Shown: positions 1-14,701 of the stretch, in pieces
How positions within the stretch are numbered: position 1 is the first letter of the stretch
Layout of the letters: every line of letters begins with the position of its first letter
NCBI RefSeq assembly: GCF_009914755.1
Contig: NC_060948.1
Origin: the human T2T-CHM13v2.0 reference genome, Homo sapiens
Direction: 5' to 3' (one strand)
DNA length: 64,000 bases
Translations under genes and position numbers: made by a program
Notes under the pieces: model-generated
Seen by the model: the letters and a program-made list of their open reading frames with translations, nothing else
Database searches by the model: none
What the model was told of the DNA's origin: nothing

Positions 1-951
1 TGGAATAGAATGGAACGAAATTTCAAGGAATGGAATCAAACTGAATGGAATCAAATCAATGGAATCTAATCAAATGGAATGGAAAGGAATTGAATGGAGT
101 AGATTGGATTGGATGGGATTGGAATGAAATGTACTGGAAAGGACTCGAATTTCATGAAACGGAATGGAATGAATTGGAACGGAATGGACTCGAATGGAAT
201 GGAATGTCATGGAATGGCATCAAATGGAATGGCATCAAACGGAATGGAATCGAATGCAATGGAATGCTATGGAATGGAATGGAATGCATTGGAATGGAAT
301 GTCCTCTAATGGAATGGATTCGAGTGGAATGGAATCGAATATAATGGAGTCGAATGAAATGGAATTGAAAGGAATGGGATCGAATAGAATGGAATATACT
401 GAAATGTAATGTAATGAACTCGAATATAATTGACTGGAATGGAATGTACATGAATGGAATGTAATCGAATGGAAAGTAATCCAATGGAATAGAATCTAAT
501 GCAATATAACCGACTCAGATAGAGTAGAATGTAATGGAATGGAGTGCAGTGCAATGGAATGGAATGGAATTGAATGCAATGGAATGGAATGGAATGGAAT
601 GGAATGGAATGGAATGGAATGGAATGGGATGGAATGGTATGGAATGGATAGTAATGGACTGGAGTGAAATGGACTGGAAAGGAATGGACTCAAATTGAAA
701 GGGCTCGAAAGGAATGGAGTCAAATGGAATGGTCTGGAATGGAATGAACACGAGTGTAATGCAATCCAATAGAATGGAAACGAATGACATGGAATATAAA
801 GAAATGGAATCGAAGAGAATGGAAACAAATGGAATGGAATTGAATGGAATGGAATTGAATGGAATGGGAACGAATGGAGTGAAATTGTATGCAGTAGAAG
901 GGAATAGAATGGAATGCAAGCGAAAGGAAAGGAATGGATTGGAATGGAATG

Positions 952-3900
952 GAATTCATTGGAATGGAAGGGAATGTAGTGTAATGGACAGGCCTGGAAT
1001 AAAGTGGAATGCTACGGTCTCGAATGGAATAAAAATGTATGGAATGGAATGCAATGAAACGGAATCGAATGTCATAGAATGTAATGGAATGCAACAAAAT
1101 GGAATCCAAAATCATTGACTGGAAAGGCTGGGTGTCGAAAGGAATTGACTCCAATGGAATGGAATCGAATGGAATGGAAGTGAATAGAATGGAACTAAAT
1201 CGAATGGAATGGAATTGATAGGAACGGAATGGAAAGGAATGCAATGATTTGGCATGGAATGGAATCGAATGGCATCGAATGGAATGGAATGGAATGCAAT
1301 GGAATGGAATGTATTAGAATGTAATGAACTTTAATGGAATGTACTCGAATGGATTCGACTGGAATGGAATGTTCTGGAAGTGAATGGACTCCAATGGAAT
1401 GGATTCAAAGGAATGGAATCGTACGGAATGGAATCTAATGGAATGGAATTAAATGGAAATGAATCAAATTGAATAGCACGGAATTGAATTGAATGGAATC
1501 GAATGCAATGGAATCTAATGAAACGGAAAGGAAAGGAATGCAATGGAATGGAATGGGCTGGAATGGAAAGGAATCGAAACGAATGGAATGGAATCGAACT
1601 GAAGAGACTGGAATGGAATGCACTGGAATGGAAGGGAGTGTAATGGAAGGTTCTCGAAAAAAATGGAATCGAATGGAATGGAATTGAATGGAACGGAATA
1701 GAGTCGAATGGAATTGAATGGAATGGAATGGACTAGAGTGAAATGGAATCGAACCACAAGGAATGGAGAGGAATAGAATGGTCTCGAATTGAATGGAATC
1801 GTATGGAATGGCATCAAACGGAATGGAATGGACAGCCACGGAATGGAATGCACTCGAATGCAATGGAGTCGAAACTAATGGACTGGAATAGAATGGACTC
1901 GACTGGTACGGACTCCAATGGAAGGGAATCGAATGGAAGGGAATCGAACGGAATGGACTCGAAGGGAAAAGACTGCAATGGAAAGGTCTCGAATGGAATG
2001 GAAATTAATGGAATGGAATGGAATCGAATGAAATGGAGTCAAAAGGAATGGAATCGAATGGCAAGAAATCGAATGTAATGGAATCGCAAGGAATTGATGT
2101 GAGCGGAACGGAATGGAATGGAATCCAAAGGAATGGAATAGAATGGAATGGAATCGAATGGAAAGGACTCGAATGGAAATCACTGGAATAGAATGCAATT
2201 TAATAAAATAGGATCAAATGTAATGGAATGGAATGGAAAGGAATCGAAACGAAAGGAATGGAGACAGATGGAATGGAATAGAACAGAGAGCAATGGTATA
2301 GAATGGAATGGAATCATCTGGAATGGAATTGAATGGAATGGAATAATATGAAATGGAATGGAATGGAATGGAATGGAATGCCCTTGAATTAAATGGACTG
2401 GAATGGAATGGACTCGAACAGAGTGGAATGGAAAGTGTTGAGATAGAATGGAATGGACTCGTTTGGAATGGTCTAGTATGCAATGCAATCGACTGGCAGG
2501 GAATCAAAAGGAATGTAATCGAATGGATTGGACTGGAATGCAATGGACTCGAATAGATTGCAAACGGAATGCAAAGGAATGGAATGGAATAGTATGGAAT
2601 GGAATGGAAAGGAATGGAGTGGAATAGACTAGAGTGGAATGGAATGGACTGGAAAGCAATGGACTGGAATGGAACTTTCTTGAATGGACTGGAATCAAAC
2701 GGAATGGAATGCAATGCAATCAAATGGCATGGAATAAAATAGAATGAAAGAGAATCAAATGGAATTGAATCGAATGGAATCGAATGGATTGGAAAGGAAT
2801 AGAATGGAATGGAATGGAATGGACTAGAATGGAATGGATTCGAATGGAAGGCAAAGGAATGGAATCTATTGGAATGGACTGTAATGGAATGGAATGGAAG
2901 GGATTGGAATGGACTCGAATGGAATGGACTGCAATAGAAAGGATTCGAATGGAATGAAAAAGAATTGAATGGAATAGAACAGAATGGAATCAAATCGAAT
3001 GAAATGGAATGGAATAGAAAGGAATGGAATGAAATGGAATGGAAAGGATTCGAATGGAATGCAATCGAATGGAATGGAATCGAACGGAATGGAATAAAAT
3101 GGAAGAAAACTGGCAAGAAATGGAATCGAAATGAATGGAGTGTTATGGAACGGACTCAAAAGGAATTGAATGTAATAGAATGGAGTGGAGTGGACTCGAA
3201 TATAATGGACTGGAATGGAATGAAATCACATGGAATGGGAACGAATGGAATGGAATGGAAAGGAATGGAATCGAATGGAAAGGAATCGAATGGAAGGGAA
3301 TGAAATTGAATCAACAGGAATGGAAGGGAATAGAATAGACGGTAATGGAATGGACTCGAATAGAATGGACACGAATGCTCAAATTGAATGGACTCGAATG
3401 GAATGGAAACGAAAGGAATGTCATCGAATGGAATTGAATCGATTGGAATGAAATCGCATAGAATGGAGTGGAATCAAATGGAATTGAATCGAAAGGAAAG
3501 GAAGCGAATGGACTGAAATGAAATGGAATGGAATTGAATGGAAAGTAATGCAATGGAATAGAATGGAACGAAATTTCACGGAATGGAATCAAACTGAATG
3601 GAATCAAATCAATGGAATCTAATCAAATGGAATGGAAAGGAATTGAATGGAGTAGATTGGATTGGATGGGATTGGAATGAAATGTACTGGAAAGGACTCG
3701 AATTTCATGAAACGGAATGGAATGAATTGGAACGGAATGGACTCGAATGGAATGGAATGTCATGGAATGGCATCAAATGGAATGGCATCAAATGGAATGG
3801 AATCGAATGCAATGGAATGCTATGGAATGGAATGGAATGCATTGGAATGGAATGTCCTCTAATGGAATGGATTCGAGTGGAATGGAATCGAATATAATGG

Positions 3901-4514
3901 AGTCGAATGAAATGGAATTGAAAGGAATGGGATCGAATAGAATGGAATATACTGAAATGTAATGTAATGAACTCGAATATAATTGACTGGAATGGAATGT
4001 ACATGAATGGAATGTAATCGAATGGAAAGTAATCCAATGGAATAGAATCTAATGCAATAAAACCGACTCAGATAGAGTAGAATGTAATGGAATGGAGTGC
4101 AGTGCAATGGAATGGAATGGAATTGAATGCAATGGAATGGAATGGAATGGAATGGAATGGAATGGAATGGAATGGAATGGAATGGAATGGGATGGAATGG
4201 TATGGAATGGATAGTAATGGACTGGAGTGAAATGGACTGGAAAGGAATGGACTCAAATTGAAAGGGCTCGAAAGGAATGGAGTCAAATGGAATGGTCTGG
4301 AATGGAATGAACACGAGTGTAATGCAATCCAATAGAATGGAAACGAATGACATGGAATATAAAGAAATGGAATCGAAGAGAATGGAAACAAATGGAATGG
4401 AATTGAATGGAATGGAATTGAATGGAATGGGAACGAATGGAGTGAAATTGTATGCAGTAGAAGGGAATAGAATGGAATGCAAGCGAAAGGAAAGGAATGG
4501 ATTGGAATGGAATG
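952..4514 (+). repeat. DYZ1 unit (EcoRI to EcoRI), 3563 bp
   Basis: Unique landmarks recur at this period, e.g. GGACAGGCCTGG, GGCTGGGTGTCG, GGACAGCCACGG. Confidence 0.9.
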
Positions 4515-7500
4515 GAATTCATTGGAATGGAAGGGAATGTAGTGTAATGGACAGGCCTGGAATAAAGTGGAATGCTACGGTCTCGAATGGAATAAAAATG
4601 TATGGAATGGAATGCAATGAAACGGAATCGAATGTCATAGAATGTAATGGAATGCAAAAAAATGGAATCCAAAATCATTGACTGGAAAGGCTGGGTGTCG
4701 AAAGGAATTGACTCCAATGGAATGGAATCGAATGGAATGGAAGTGAATAGAATCGAACTAAATCGAATGGAATGGAATTGATAGGAACGGAATGGAAAGG
4801 AATGCAATGATTTGGCATGGAATGGAATCGAATGGCATCGAATGGAATGGAATGGAATGCAATGGAATGGAATGTATTAGAATGTAATGAACTTTAATGG
4901 AATGTACTCGAATGGATTCGACTGGAATGGAATGTTCTGGAAGTGAATGGACTCCAATGGAATGGATTCCAAAGGAATGGAATCGTACGGAATGGAATCT
5001 AATGGAATGGAATTAAATGGAAATGAATCAAATTGAATAGCACGGAATTGAATTGAATGGAATCGAATGCAATGGAATCTAATGAAACGGAAAGGAAAGG
5101 AATGCAATGGAATGGAATGGGCTGGAATGGAAAGGAATCGAAACGAATGGAATGGAATCGAACTGAAGAGACTGGAATGGAATGCACTGGAATGGAAGGG
5201 AGTGTAATGGAAGGTTCTCGAAAAAAATGGAATCGAATGGAATGGAATTGAATGGAACGGAATAGAGTCGAATGGAATTGAATGGAATGGAATGGACTAG
5301 AGTGAAATGGAATCGAACCACAAGGAATGGACAGGAATAGAATGGTCTCGAATTGAATGGAATCGTATGGAATGGCATCAAACGGAATGGAATGGACAGC
5401 CACGGAATGGAATGCACTCGAATGCAATGGAGTCGAAACTAATGGACTGGAATAGAATGGACTCGACTGGTACGGACTCCAATGGAAGGGAATCGAATGG
5501 AAGGGAATCGAACGGAATGGACTCGAAGGGAAAAGACTGCAATGGAAAGGTCTCGAATGGAATGGAAATTAATGGAATGGAATGGAATCGAATGAAATGG
5601 AGTCAAAAGGAATGGAATCGAATGGCAAGAAATCGAATGTAATGGAATCGCAAGGAATTGATGTGAACGGAAGGGAATGGAATGGAATCCAAAGGAATGG
5701 AATAGAATGGAATGGAATCGAATGGAAAGGACTCGAATGGAAATCACTGGAATAGAATGCAATTTAATAAAATAGGATCAAATGTAATGGAATGGAATGG
5801 AAAGGAATCGAAACGAAAGGAATGGAGACAGATGGAATGGAATAGAACAGAGAGCAATGGTATAGAATCGAATGGAATCATCTGGAATGGAATTGAATGG
5901 AATGGAATAATATGAAATGGAATGGAATGGAATGGAATGGAATGCCCTTGAATTAAATGGACTGGAATGGAATGGACTCGAACAGAGTGGAATGGAAAGT
6001 GTTGAGATAGAATGGAATGGACTCGTTTGGAATGGTCTAGTATGCAATGCAATCGACTGGCAGGGAATCAAAAGGAATGTAATCGAATGGATTGGACTGG
6101 AATGCAATGGACTTGAAGAGATTGCAAACGGAATGCAAAGGAATGGAATGGAATAGTATGGAATGGAATGGAAAGGAATGGAGTGGAATAGACTAGAGTG
6201 GAATGGAATGGACTGGAAAGCAATGGACTGGAATGGAACTTTCTTGAATGGACTGGAATCAAACGGAATGGAATGCAATGCAATCAAATGGCATGGAATA
6301 AAATAGAATGAAAGAGAATCAAATGGAATTGAATCGAATGGAATCGAATGGATTGGAAAGGAATAGAATGGAATGGAATGGAATTGACTCAAATGGAATG
6401 GACTAGAATGGAATGGATTCGAATGGAAGGCAAAGGAATGGAATCTATTGGAATGTACTGTAATGGAATGGAATGGAAGGGATTGGAATGGACTCGAATG
6501 GAATGGACTGCAATAGAAAGGATTCGAATGGAATGAAAAAGAATTGAATGGAATAGAACAGAATGGAATCAAATCGAATGAAATGGAATGGAATAGAAAG
6601 GAATGGAATGAAATGGAATGGAAAGGATTCGAATGGAATGCAATCGAATGGAATGGAATCGAACGGAATGGAATAAAATGGAAGAAAACTGGCAAGAAAT
6701 GGAATCGAAATGAATGGAGTGTTATGGAACGGACTCAAAAGGAATTGAATGTAATAGAATGGAGTGGAGTGGACTCGAATATAATGGACTGGAATGGAAT
6801 GAAATCACATGGAATGGGAACGAATGGAATGGAAGGGAAAGGAATGGAATCGAATGGAAAGGAATCGAATGGAAGGGAATGAAATTGAATCAACAGGAAT
6901 GGAAGGGAATAGAATAGACGGTAATGGAATGGACTCGAATTGAATGGACACGAATGCTCAAATTGAATGGACTCGAATGGAATGGAAACGAAAGGAATGT
7001 CATCGAATGGAATTGAATCGATTGGAATGAAATCGCATAGAATGGAGTGGAATCAAATGGAATTGAATCGAAAGGAAAGGAAGCGAATGGACTGAAATGA
7101 AATGGAATGGAATTGAATGGAAAGTAATGCAATGGAATAGAATGGAACGAAATTTCACGGAATGGAATCAAACTGAATGGAATCAAATCAATGGAATCTA
7201 ATCAAATGGAATGGAAAGGAATTGAATGGAGTAGATTGGATTGGATGGGATTGGAATGAAATGTACTGGAAAGGACTCGAATTTCATGAAACGGAATGGA
7301 ATGAATTGGAACGGAATGGACTCGAATGGAATGGAATGTCATGGAATGGCATCAAATGGAATGGAATCGAATGCGATGGAATGCTATGGAATGGAATGGA
7401 ATGCATTGGAATGGAATGTCCTCTAATGGAATGTATTCGAGTGGAATGGAATCGAATATAATGGAGTCTAATGAAATGGAATTGAAAGGAATGGGACCGA

Positions 7501-8048
7501 ATACAATGGAATATACTGGAATGTAATGTAATGAACTCGAATGTAATTGACTGGAATGGAATGTACATGAATGGAATGTAATCGAATGGAAAGTAATCCA
7601 ATGGAATAGAATCTAATGCAATAAAATCGACTCAGATAGAGTAGAATGTAATGGAAAGGAGTGCAGTGCAATGGAATGGAATGGAATGGAATGCAATGGA
7701 ATGCAATGGAATGGAATGGAATGGGATGGAATGGTGTGGAATGGATAGTAATGGACTGGAGTGAAATGGACTGGAAAGGAATGGACTCAAATTGAAAGGG
7801 CTCGAAAGGAATGGAGTCAAATGGAATGGTCTGGAATGGAATGAACACGAATGTAATGCAATCCAATAGAATGGAATCGAATGGCATGGAATATAAAGAA
7901 ATGGAATCGAAGAGAATGGAAACAAATGGAATGGAATTGAATGGAATGGAATTGAATGGAATGGGAACGAATGGAGTGAAATTGTATGCAGTAGAAGAGA
8001 ATAGAATGGAATGCAAGCGAAAGGAAAGGAATGGATTGGAATGGAATG
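4515..8048 (+). repeat. DYZ1 unit (EcoRI to EcoRI), 3534 bp
   Basis: Same landmarks as the previous unit; contains a subtype switch near 7385-7503. Confidence 0.9.
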
Positions 8049-11000
8049 GAATTCATTGGAATGGAAGGGAATGTAGTGTAATGGACAGGCCTGGAATAAA
8101 GTGGAATGCTACGGTCTCGAATGGAATAAAAATGTATGGAATGGAATGCAATGAAACGGAATCGAATGTCATAGAATGTAATGGAATGCAACAAAATGGA
8201 ATCCAAAATCATTGACTGGAAAGGCTGGGTGTCGAAAGGAATTGACTCCAATGGAATGGAATCGAATGGAATGGAAGTGAATAGAATCGAACTAAATCGA
8301 ATGGAATGGAATTGATAGGAACGGAATGGAAAGGAATGCAATGATTTGGCATGGAATGGAATCGAATGGCATCGAATGGAATGGAATGGAATGCAATGGA
8401 ATGGAATGTATTAGAATGTAATTAACTTTAATGGTATGTACTCGAATGGATTCGACTGGAATGGAATGTTCTGGAAGTGAATGGATTCCAATGGAATGGA
8501 TTCAAAAGGAATGGAATCGTACGGAATGGAATCTAATGGAATGGAATTAAATGGAAATGAATCAAATTGAATAGCACGGAATTGAATTGAATGGAATCGA
8601 ATGCAATGGAATCTAATGAAACGGAAAGGAAAGGAATGGAATGGAATGGAATGGGCTGGAATGGAAAGGAATCGAAACGAATGGAATGGAATCGAACTGA
8701 AGAGACTGGAATGGAATGCACTGGAATGGAAGGGAGTGTAATGGAAGGTTCTCGAAAAAAATGGAATCGAATGGAATGGAATTGAATGGAACGGAATAGA
8801 GTCGAATGGAATTGAATGGAATGGAATGGACTAGAGTGAAATGGAATCGAACCACAAGGAATGGACAGGAATAGAATGGTCTCGAATTGAATGGAATCGT
8901 ATGGAATGGCATCAAACGGAATGGAATGGACAGCCACGGAATGGAATGCACTCGAATGCAATGGAGTCGAAACTAATGGACTGGAATAGAATGGACTCGA
9001 CTGGTACGGACTCCAATGGAATGGAATCGAATGGAAGGGAATCGAACGGAATGGACTCGAAGGGAAAAGACTGCAATGGAAAGGTCTCGAATGGAATGGA
9101 AATTAATGGAATGGAATGGAATCGAATGAAATGGAGTCAAAAGGAATGGAATCGAATGGCAAGAAATCGAATGTAATGGAATCGCCAGGAATTGATGTGA
9201 ACGGAACGGAATGGAATGGAATCCAAAGGAATGGAATAGAATGGAATGGAATCGAATGGAAAGGACTCGAATGGAAATCACTCGAATAGAATGCAATTTA
9301 ATAAAATAGGATCAAATGTAATGGAATGGAATGGAAAGGAATCGAAACGAAAGGAATGGAGACAGATGGAATGGAATGGAACAGAGAGCAATGGTATAGA
9401 ATGGAATGGAATCATCTGGAATGGAATTGAATGGAATGGAATAACATGAAATGGACTGGAATGGAATGGAATGCCCTTGAATTAAATGGACTGGAATGGA
9501 ATGGACTCGAACAGAGTGGAATGGAAAGTGTTGAAATAGAATGGAATGGACTGGTTTGGAATGGTCTAGTATGCAATGCAATCGACTGGCAGGGAATCAA
9601 AAGGAATGTAAACGAATGGATTGGACTGGAACGCAATGGACTCGAATAGATTGGAAACGGAATGCAAAGGAATGGAATGGAATAGTATGGAATGGAATGG
9701 AAAGGAATGGAGTGGAATAGACTAGAGTGGAATGGAATGGACTCGAAAGCAATGGACTGGAATGGAACTTTCTTGAATGGACTGGAATCAAACGGAATGG
9801 AATGCAATGCAATCAAATGGCATGGAATAAAATAGAATGAAAGAGAATCAAATGGAATTGAATCGAATGGAATCGAATGGATTGGAAAGGAATAGAATGG
9901 AATGGAATGGAATTGACTCAAATGGAATGGACTAGAATGGAATGGATTCGAATGGAAGGCAAAGGAATGGAATCTATTGGAATGGACTGTAATGGAATGG
10001 AATGGAAGGGATTGGAATGGACTCGAATGGAATGGACTGCAATAGAAAGGATTCGAATGGAATGAAAAAGAATTGAATGGAATAGAACAGAATGGAATCA
10101 AATCGAATGAAATGGAATGGAATAGAAAGGAATGGAATGAAATGGAATGGAAAGGATTCGAATGGAATGCAATCGAATGGAATGGAATCGAACGCAATGG
10201 AATAAAATGGAAGAAAACTGGCAAGAAATGGAATCGAAATGAATGGAGTGTTATGGAACGGACTCAAAAGGAATTGAATGTAATAGAATGGAGTGGAGTG
10301 GACTCGAATATAATGGACTGGAATGGAATGAAATCACATGGAATGGGAACGAATGGAATGGAATGGAAAGGAATGGAATCGAATGGAAAGGAATCGAATG
10401 GAAGGGAATGAAATTGAATCAACAGGAATGGAAGGGAATAGAATAGACGGTAATGGAATGGACTCGAATAGAATGGACACGAATGCTCAAATTGAATGGA
10501 CTCGAATGGAATGGAAACGAAAGGAATGTCATCGAATGGAATTGAATCGATTGGAATGAAATCGCATAGAATGGAGTGGAATCAAATGGAATTGAATCGA
10601 AAGGAAAGGAAGCGAATGGACTGAAATGAAATGGAATGGAATTGAATGGAAAGTTATGTAATGGAATAGAATGGAACGAAATTTGACGGAATGCAATCAA
10701 ACTGAATGGAATCAAATCAATGGAATCAAATCAAATGGAATGGAAAGGAATTGAATGGAGTAGATTGGATTGGATGGGATTGGAATGAAATGTACTGGAA
10801 AGGACTCGAATTTCATGAAACGGAATGGAATGAATTGGAACGGAATGGACTCGAATGGAATGGAATGTCATGGAATGGCATCAAATGGAATGGCATCAAA
10901 TAGAATGGAATCGAATGCAATGGAGTGCTATGGAATGGAATGGAATGCATTGGAATGGAATGTCCTCTAATGGAATGGATTCGAGTGGAATGGAATCGAA

Positions 11001-11592
11001 TATAATGGAGTCGAATGAAATGGAATTGAAAGGAATGGGATCGAATACAATGGAATATACTGGAATGTAATGTAATGAACTCGAATGTAATTGACTGGAA
11101 TGGAATGTACATGAATGGAATGTAATTTAATGGAAAGTAATCCAATGGAATAGAATCTAATGCAATAAAATCGACTCAGATAGAGTAGAATGTAATGGAA
11201 TGGAGTGCAGTGCAATGGAATGGAATGGAATGGAATGCAATGGAATGGAATGGAATGGAATGGAATGGGATGGAATGGGATGGAATGGATAGTAATGGAC
11301 TGGAGTGAAATGGACTGGAAAGGAATGGACTCAAATTGAAAGGGCTCGAAAGGAATGGAGTCAAATGGAATGGTCTGGAATGGAATGAACACGAATGTAA
11401 TGCAATCCAATAGAATGGAATCGAATGGCATGGAATATAAAGAAATGGAATCGAAGAGAATGGAAACAAATGGAATGGAATTGAATGGAATGGAATTGAA
11501 TGGAATGGGAACGAATGGAGTGAAATTGTATGCAGTAGAAGAGAATAGAATGGAATGCAAGCGAAAGGAAAGGAATGGATTGGAATGGAATG
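8049..11592 (+). repeat. DYZ1 unit (EcoRI to EcoRI), 3544 bp
   Basis: Same landmarks recur. Confidence 0.9.
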
Positions 11593-14500
11593 GAATTCAT
11601 TGGAATGGAAGGGAATGTAGTGTAATGGACAGGCCTGGAATAAAGTGGAATGCTACGGTCTCGAATGGAATAAAAATGTATGGAATGGAATGAAATGAAA
11701 CGGAATCGAATGTCATAGAATGTAATGGAATGCAACAAAATGGAATCCAAAATCATTGACTGGAAAGGCTGGGTGTCGAAAGGAATTGACTCCAATGGAA
11801 TGGAATCGAATGGAATGGAAGTGAATAGAATCGAACTAAATCGAATGGAATGGAATTGATAGGAACGGAATGGAAAGGAATGCAATGATTTGGCATGGAA
11901 TGCAATCGAATGGCATCGAATGGAATGGAATGGAATGCAATGGAATGGAATGTATTAGAATGTAATGAACTTTAATGGAATGTACTCGAATGGATTCGAC
12001 TGGAATGGAATGTTCTGGAAGTGAATGGACTCCAATGGAATGGATTCCAAAGGAATGGAATCGTACGGAATGGAATCTAATGGAATGGAATTAAATGGAA
12101 ATGAATCAAATTGAATAGCACGGAATTGAATTGAATGGAATGGAATGCAATGGAATCTAATGAAACGGAAAGGAAAGGAATGGAATGGAATGGAATGGGC
12201 TGGAATGGAAAGGAATCGAAACGAATGGAATGGAATCGAACTGAAGAGACTGGAATGGAATGCACTGGAATGGAAGGGAGTGTAATGGAAGGTTCTCGAA
12301 AAAAATGGAATCGAATGGAATGGAATTGAATGGAACGGAATAGAGTCGAATGGAATTGAATGGAATGGAATGGACTAGAGTGAAATGGAATCGAACCACA
12401 AGGAATGGACAGGAATAGAATGGTCTCGAATTGAATGGAATCGTATGGAATGGCATCAAACGGAATGGAATGGACAGCCACGGAATGGAATGCACTCGAA
12501 TGCAATGGAGTCGAAACTAATGGACTGGAATAGAATGGACTCGACTGGTACGGACTCCAATGGAATGGAATCGAATGGAAGGGAATCGAACGGAATGGAC
12601 TCGAAGGGAAAAGACTGCAATGGAAAGGTCTCGAATGGAATGGAAATTAATGGAATGGAATGGAATCGAATGAAATGGAGTCAAAAGGAATGGAATCGAA
12701 TGGCAAGAAATCGAATGTAATGGAATCGCAAGGAATTGATGTGAAAGGAACGGAATGGAATGGAATCCAAAGGAATGGAATAGAATGGAATGGAATCGAA
12801 TGGAAAGGACTCGAATGGAAATCACTCGAATAGAATGCAATTTAATAAAATAGGATCAAATGTAATGGAATGGAATGGAAAGGAATCGAAACGAAAGGAA
12901 TGGAGACAGATGGAATAGAATGGAACAGAGAGCAATGGTATAGAATGGAATGGAATCATCTGGAATGGAATTGAATGGAATGGAATAACATGAAATGGAC
13001 TGGAATGGAATGGAATGCCCTTGAATTAAATGGACTGGAATGGAATGGACTCGAACAGAGTGGAATGGAAAGTGTTGAAATAGAATGGAATGGACTGGTT
13101 TGGAATGGTCTAGTATGCAATGCAATCGACTGGCAGGGAATCAAAAGGAATGTAAACGAATGGATTGGACTGGAATGCAATGGACTCGAATAGATTGGAA
13201 ACGGAATGCAAAGGAATGGAATGGAATAGTATGGAATGGAATGGAAAGGAATGGAGTGGAATAGACTAGAGTGGAATGGAATGGACTGGAAAGCAATGGA
13301 CTGGAATGGAACTTTCTTGAATGGACTGGAATCAAACGGAATGGAATGCAATGCAATCAAATGGCATGGAATAAAATAGAATGAAAGAGAATCAAATGGA
13401 ATTGAATCGAATGGAATCGAATGGATTGGAAAGGAATAGAATGGAATGGAATGGAATTGACTCAAATGGAATGGACTAGAATGGAATGGATTCGAATGGA
13501 AGGCAAAGGAATGGAATCTATTGGAATGGACTGTAATGGAATGGAATGGAAGGGATTGGAATGGACTCGAATGGAATGGACTGCAATAGAAAGGATTCGA
13601 ATGGAATGAAAAAGAATTGAATGGAATAGAACAGAATGGAATCAAATCGAATGAAATGGAATGGAATAGAAAGGAATGGAATGAAATGGAATGGAAAGGA
13701 TTCGAATGGAATGCAATCGAATGGAATGTAATCGAACGCAATGGAATAAAATGGAAGAAAACTGGCAAGAAATGGAATCGAAATGAATGGAGTGTTATGG
13801 AACGGACTCAAAAGGAATTGAATGTAATAGAATGGAGTGGAGTGGACTCGAATATAATGGACTGGAATGGAATGAAATCACATGGAATGGGAACGAATGG
13901 AATGGAATGGAAAGGAATGGAATCGAATGGAAAGGAATCGAATGGAAGGGAATGAAATTGAATCAACAGGAATGGAAGGGAATAGAATAGACGGTAATGG
14001 AATGGACTCGAATAGAATGGACACGAATGCTGAAATCGAATGGACTCGAATGGAATGGAAACGAAAGGAATGTCATCGAATGGAATTGAATCGATTGGAA
14101 TGAAATCGCATAGAATGGAGTGGAATCAAATGGAATTGAATCGAAAGGAAAGGAAGCGAATGGACTGAAATGAAATGGAATGGAATTGAATGGAAAGTAA
14201 TGCAATGGAATAGAATGGAACGAAATTTCACGGAATGGAATCAAACTGAATGGAATCAAATCAATGGAATCAAATCAAATGGAATGGAAAGGAATTGAAT
14301 GGAGTAGATTGGATTGGATGGGATTGGAATGAAATGTACTGGAAAGGACTCGAATTTCATGAAACGGGATGGAAAGAATTGGAACGGAATGGACTCGAAT
14401 GGAATGGAATGTCATGGAATGGCATCAAATGGAATGGCATCAAATGGAATGGAATCGAATGTAATTGAGTGCTATGGAATGGAATGGAATGCATTGGAAT

Positions 14501-14701
14501 GGAATGTCCTCTAATGGAATGGATTCGAGTGGAATGGAATCGAATATAATGGAGTCGAATGAAATGGAATTGAAAGGAATGGGATCGAATACAATGGAAT
14601 ATACTGGAATGTAATGTAATGAACTCGAATGTAATTGACTGGAATGGAATGTACATGAATGGAATGTAATCGAATGGAAAGTAATCCAATGGAATAGAAT
14701 C
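11593..14701 (+). repeat. Truncated terminal DYZ1 unit (3109 bp)
   Basis: Follows the unit sequence up to ...CCAATGGAATAGAATC, where other units continue TAATGC, then switches abruptly to AT-rich DNA. Confidence 0.9.

Larger units (their letters stand above)
1..14701 (+). repeat. DYZ1: DYZ1 / human satellite 3 (HSat3) array: diverged (GGAAT)n in ~3.5 kb higher-order units, G-rich strand on +
   Basis: Pentamer GGAAT with variants (CGAAT, GGACT, GCAAT). Single GAATTC at 952, 4515, 8049, 11593 and single GGCC at 991, 4554, 8088, 11632 (periods 3563, 3534, 3544). This matches the established ~3.56 kb EcoRI / '3.4 kb HaeIII' Y repeat, and the array is adjacent to DYZ2. Confidence 0.95.

Noticed and set aside
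1-14701. HSF1 sites or satellite III lncRNA locus
   Set aside because: HSat3 is known to be stress-transcribed and is rich in GAA, but no specific promoter or transcript boundary can be supported from this sequence alone.
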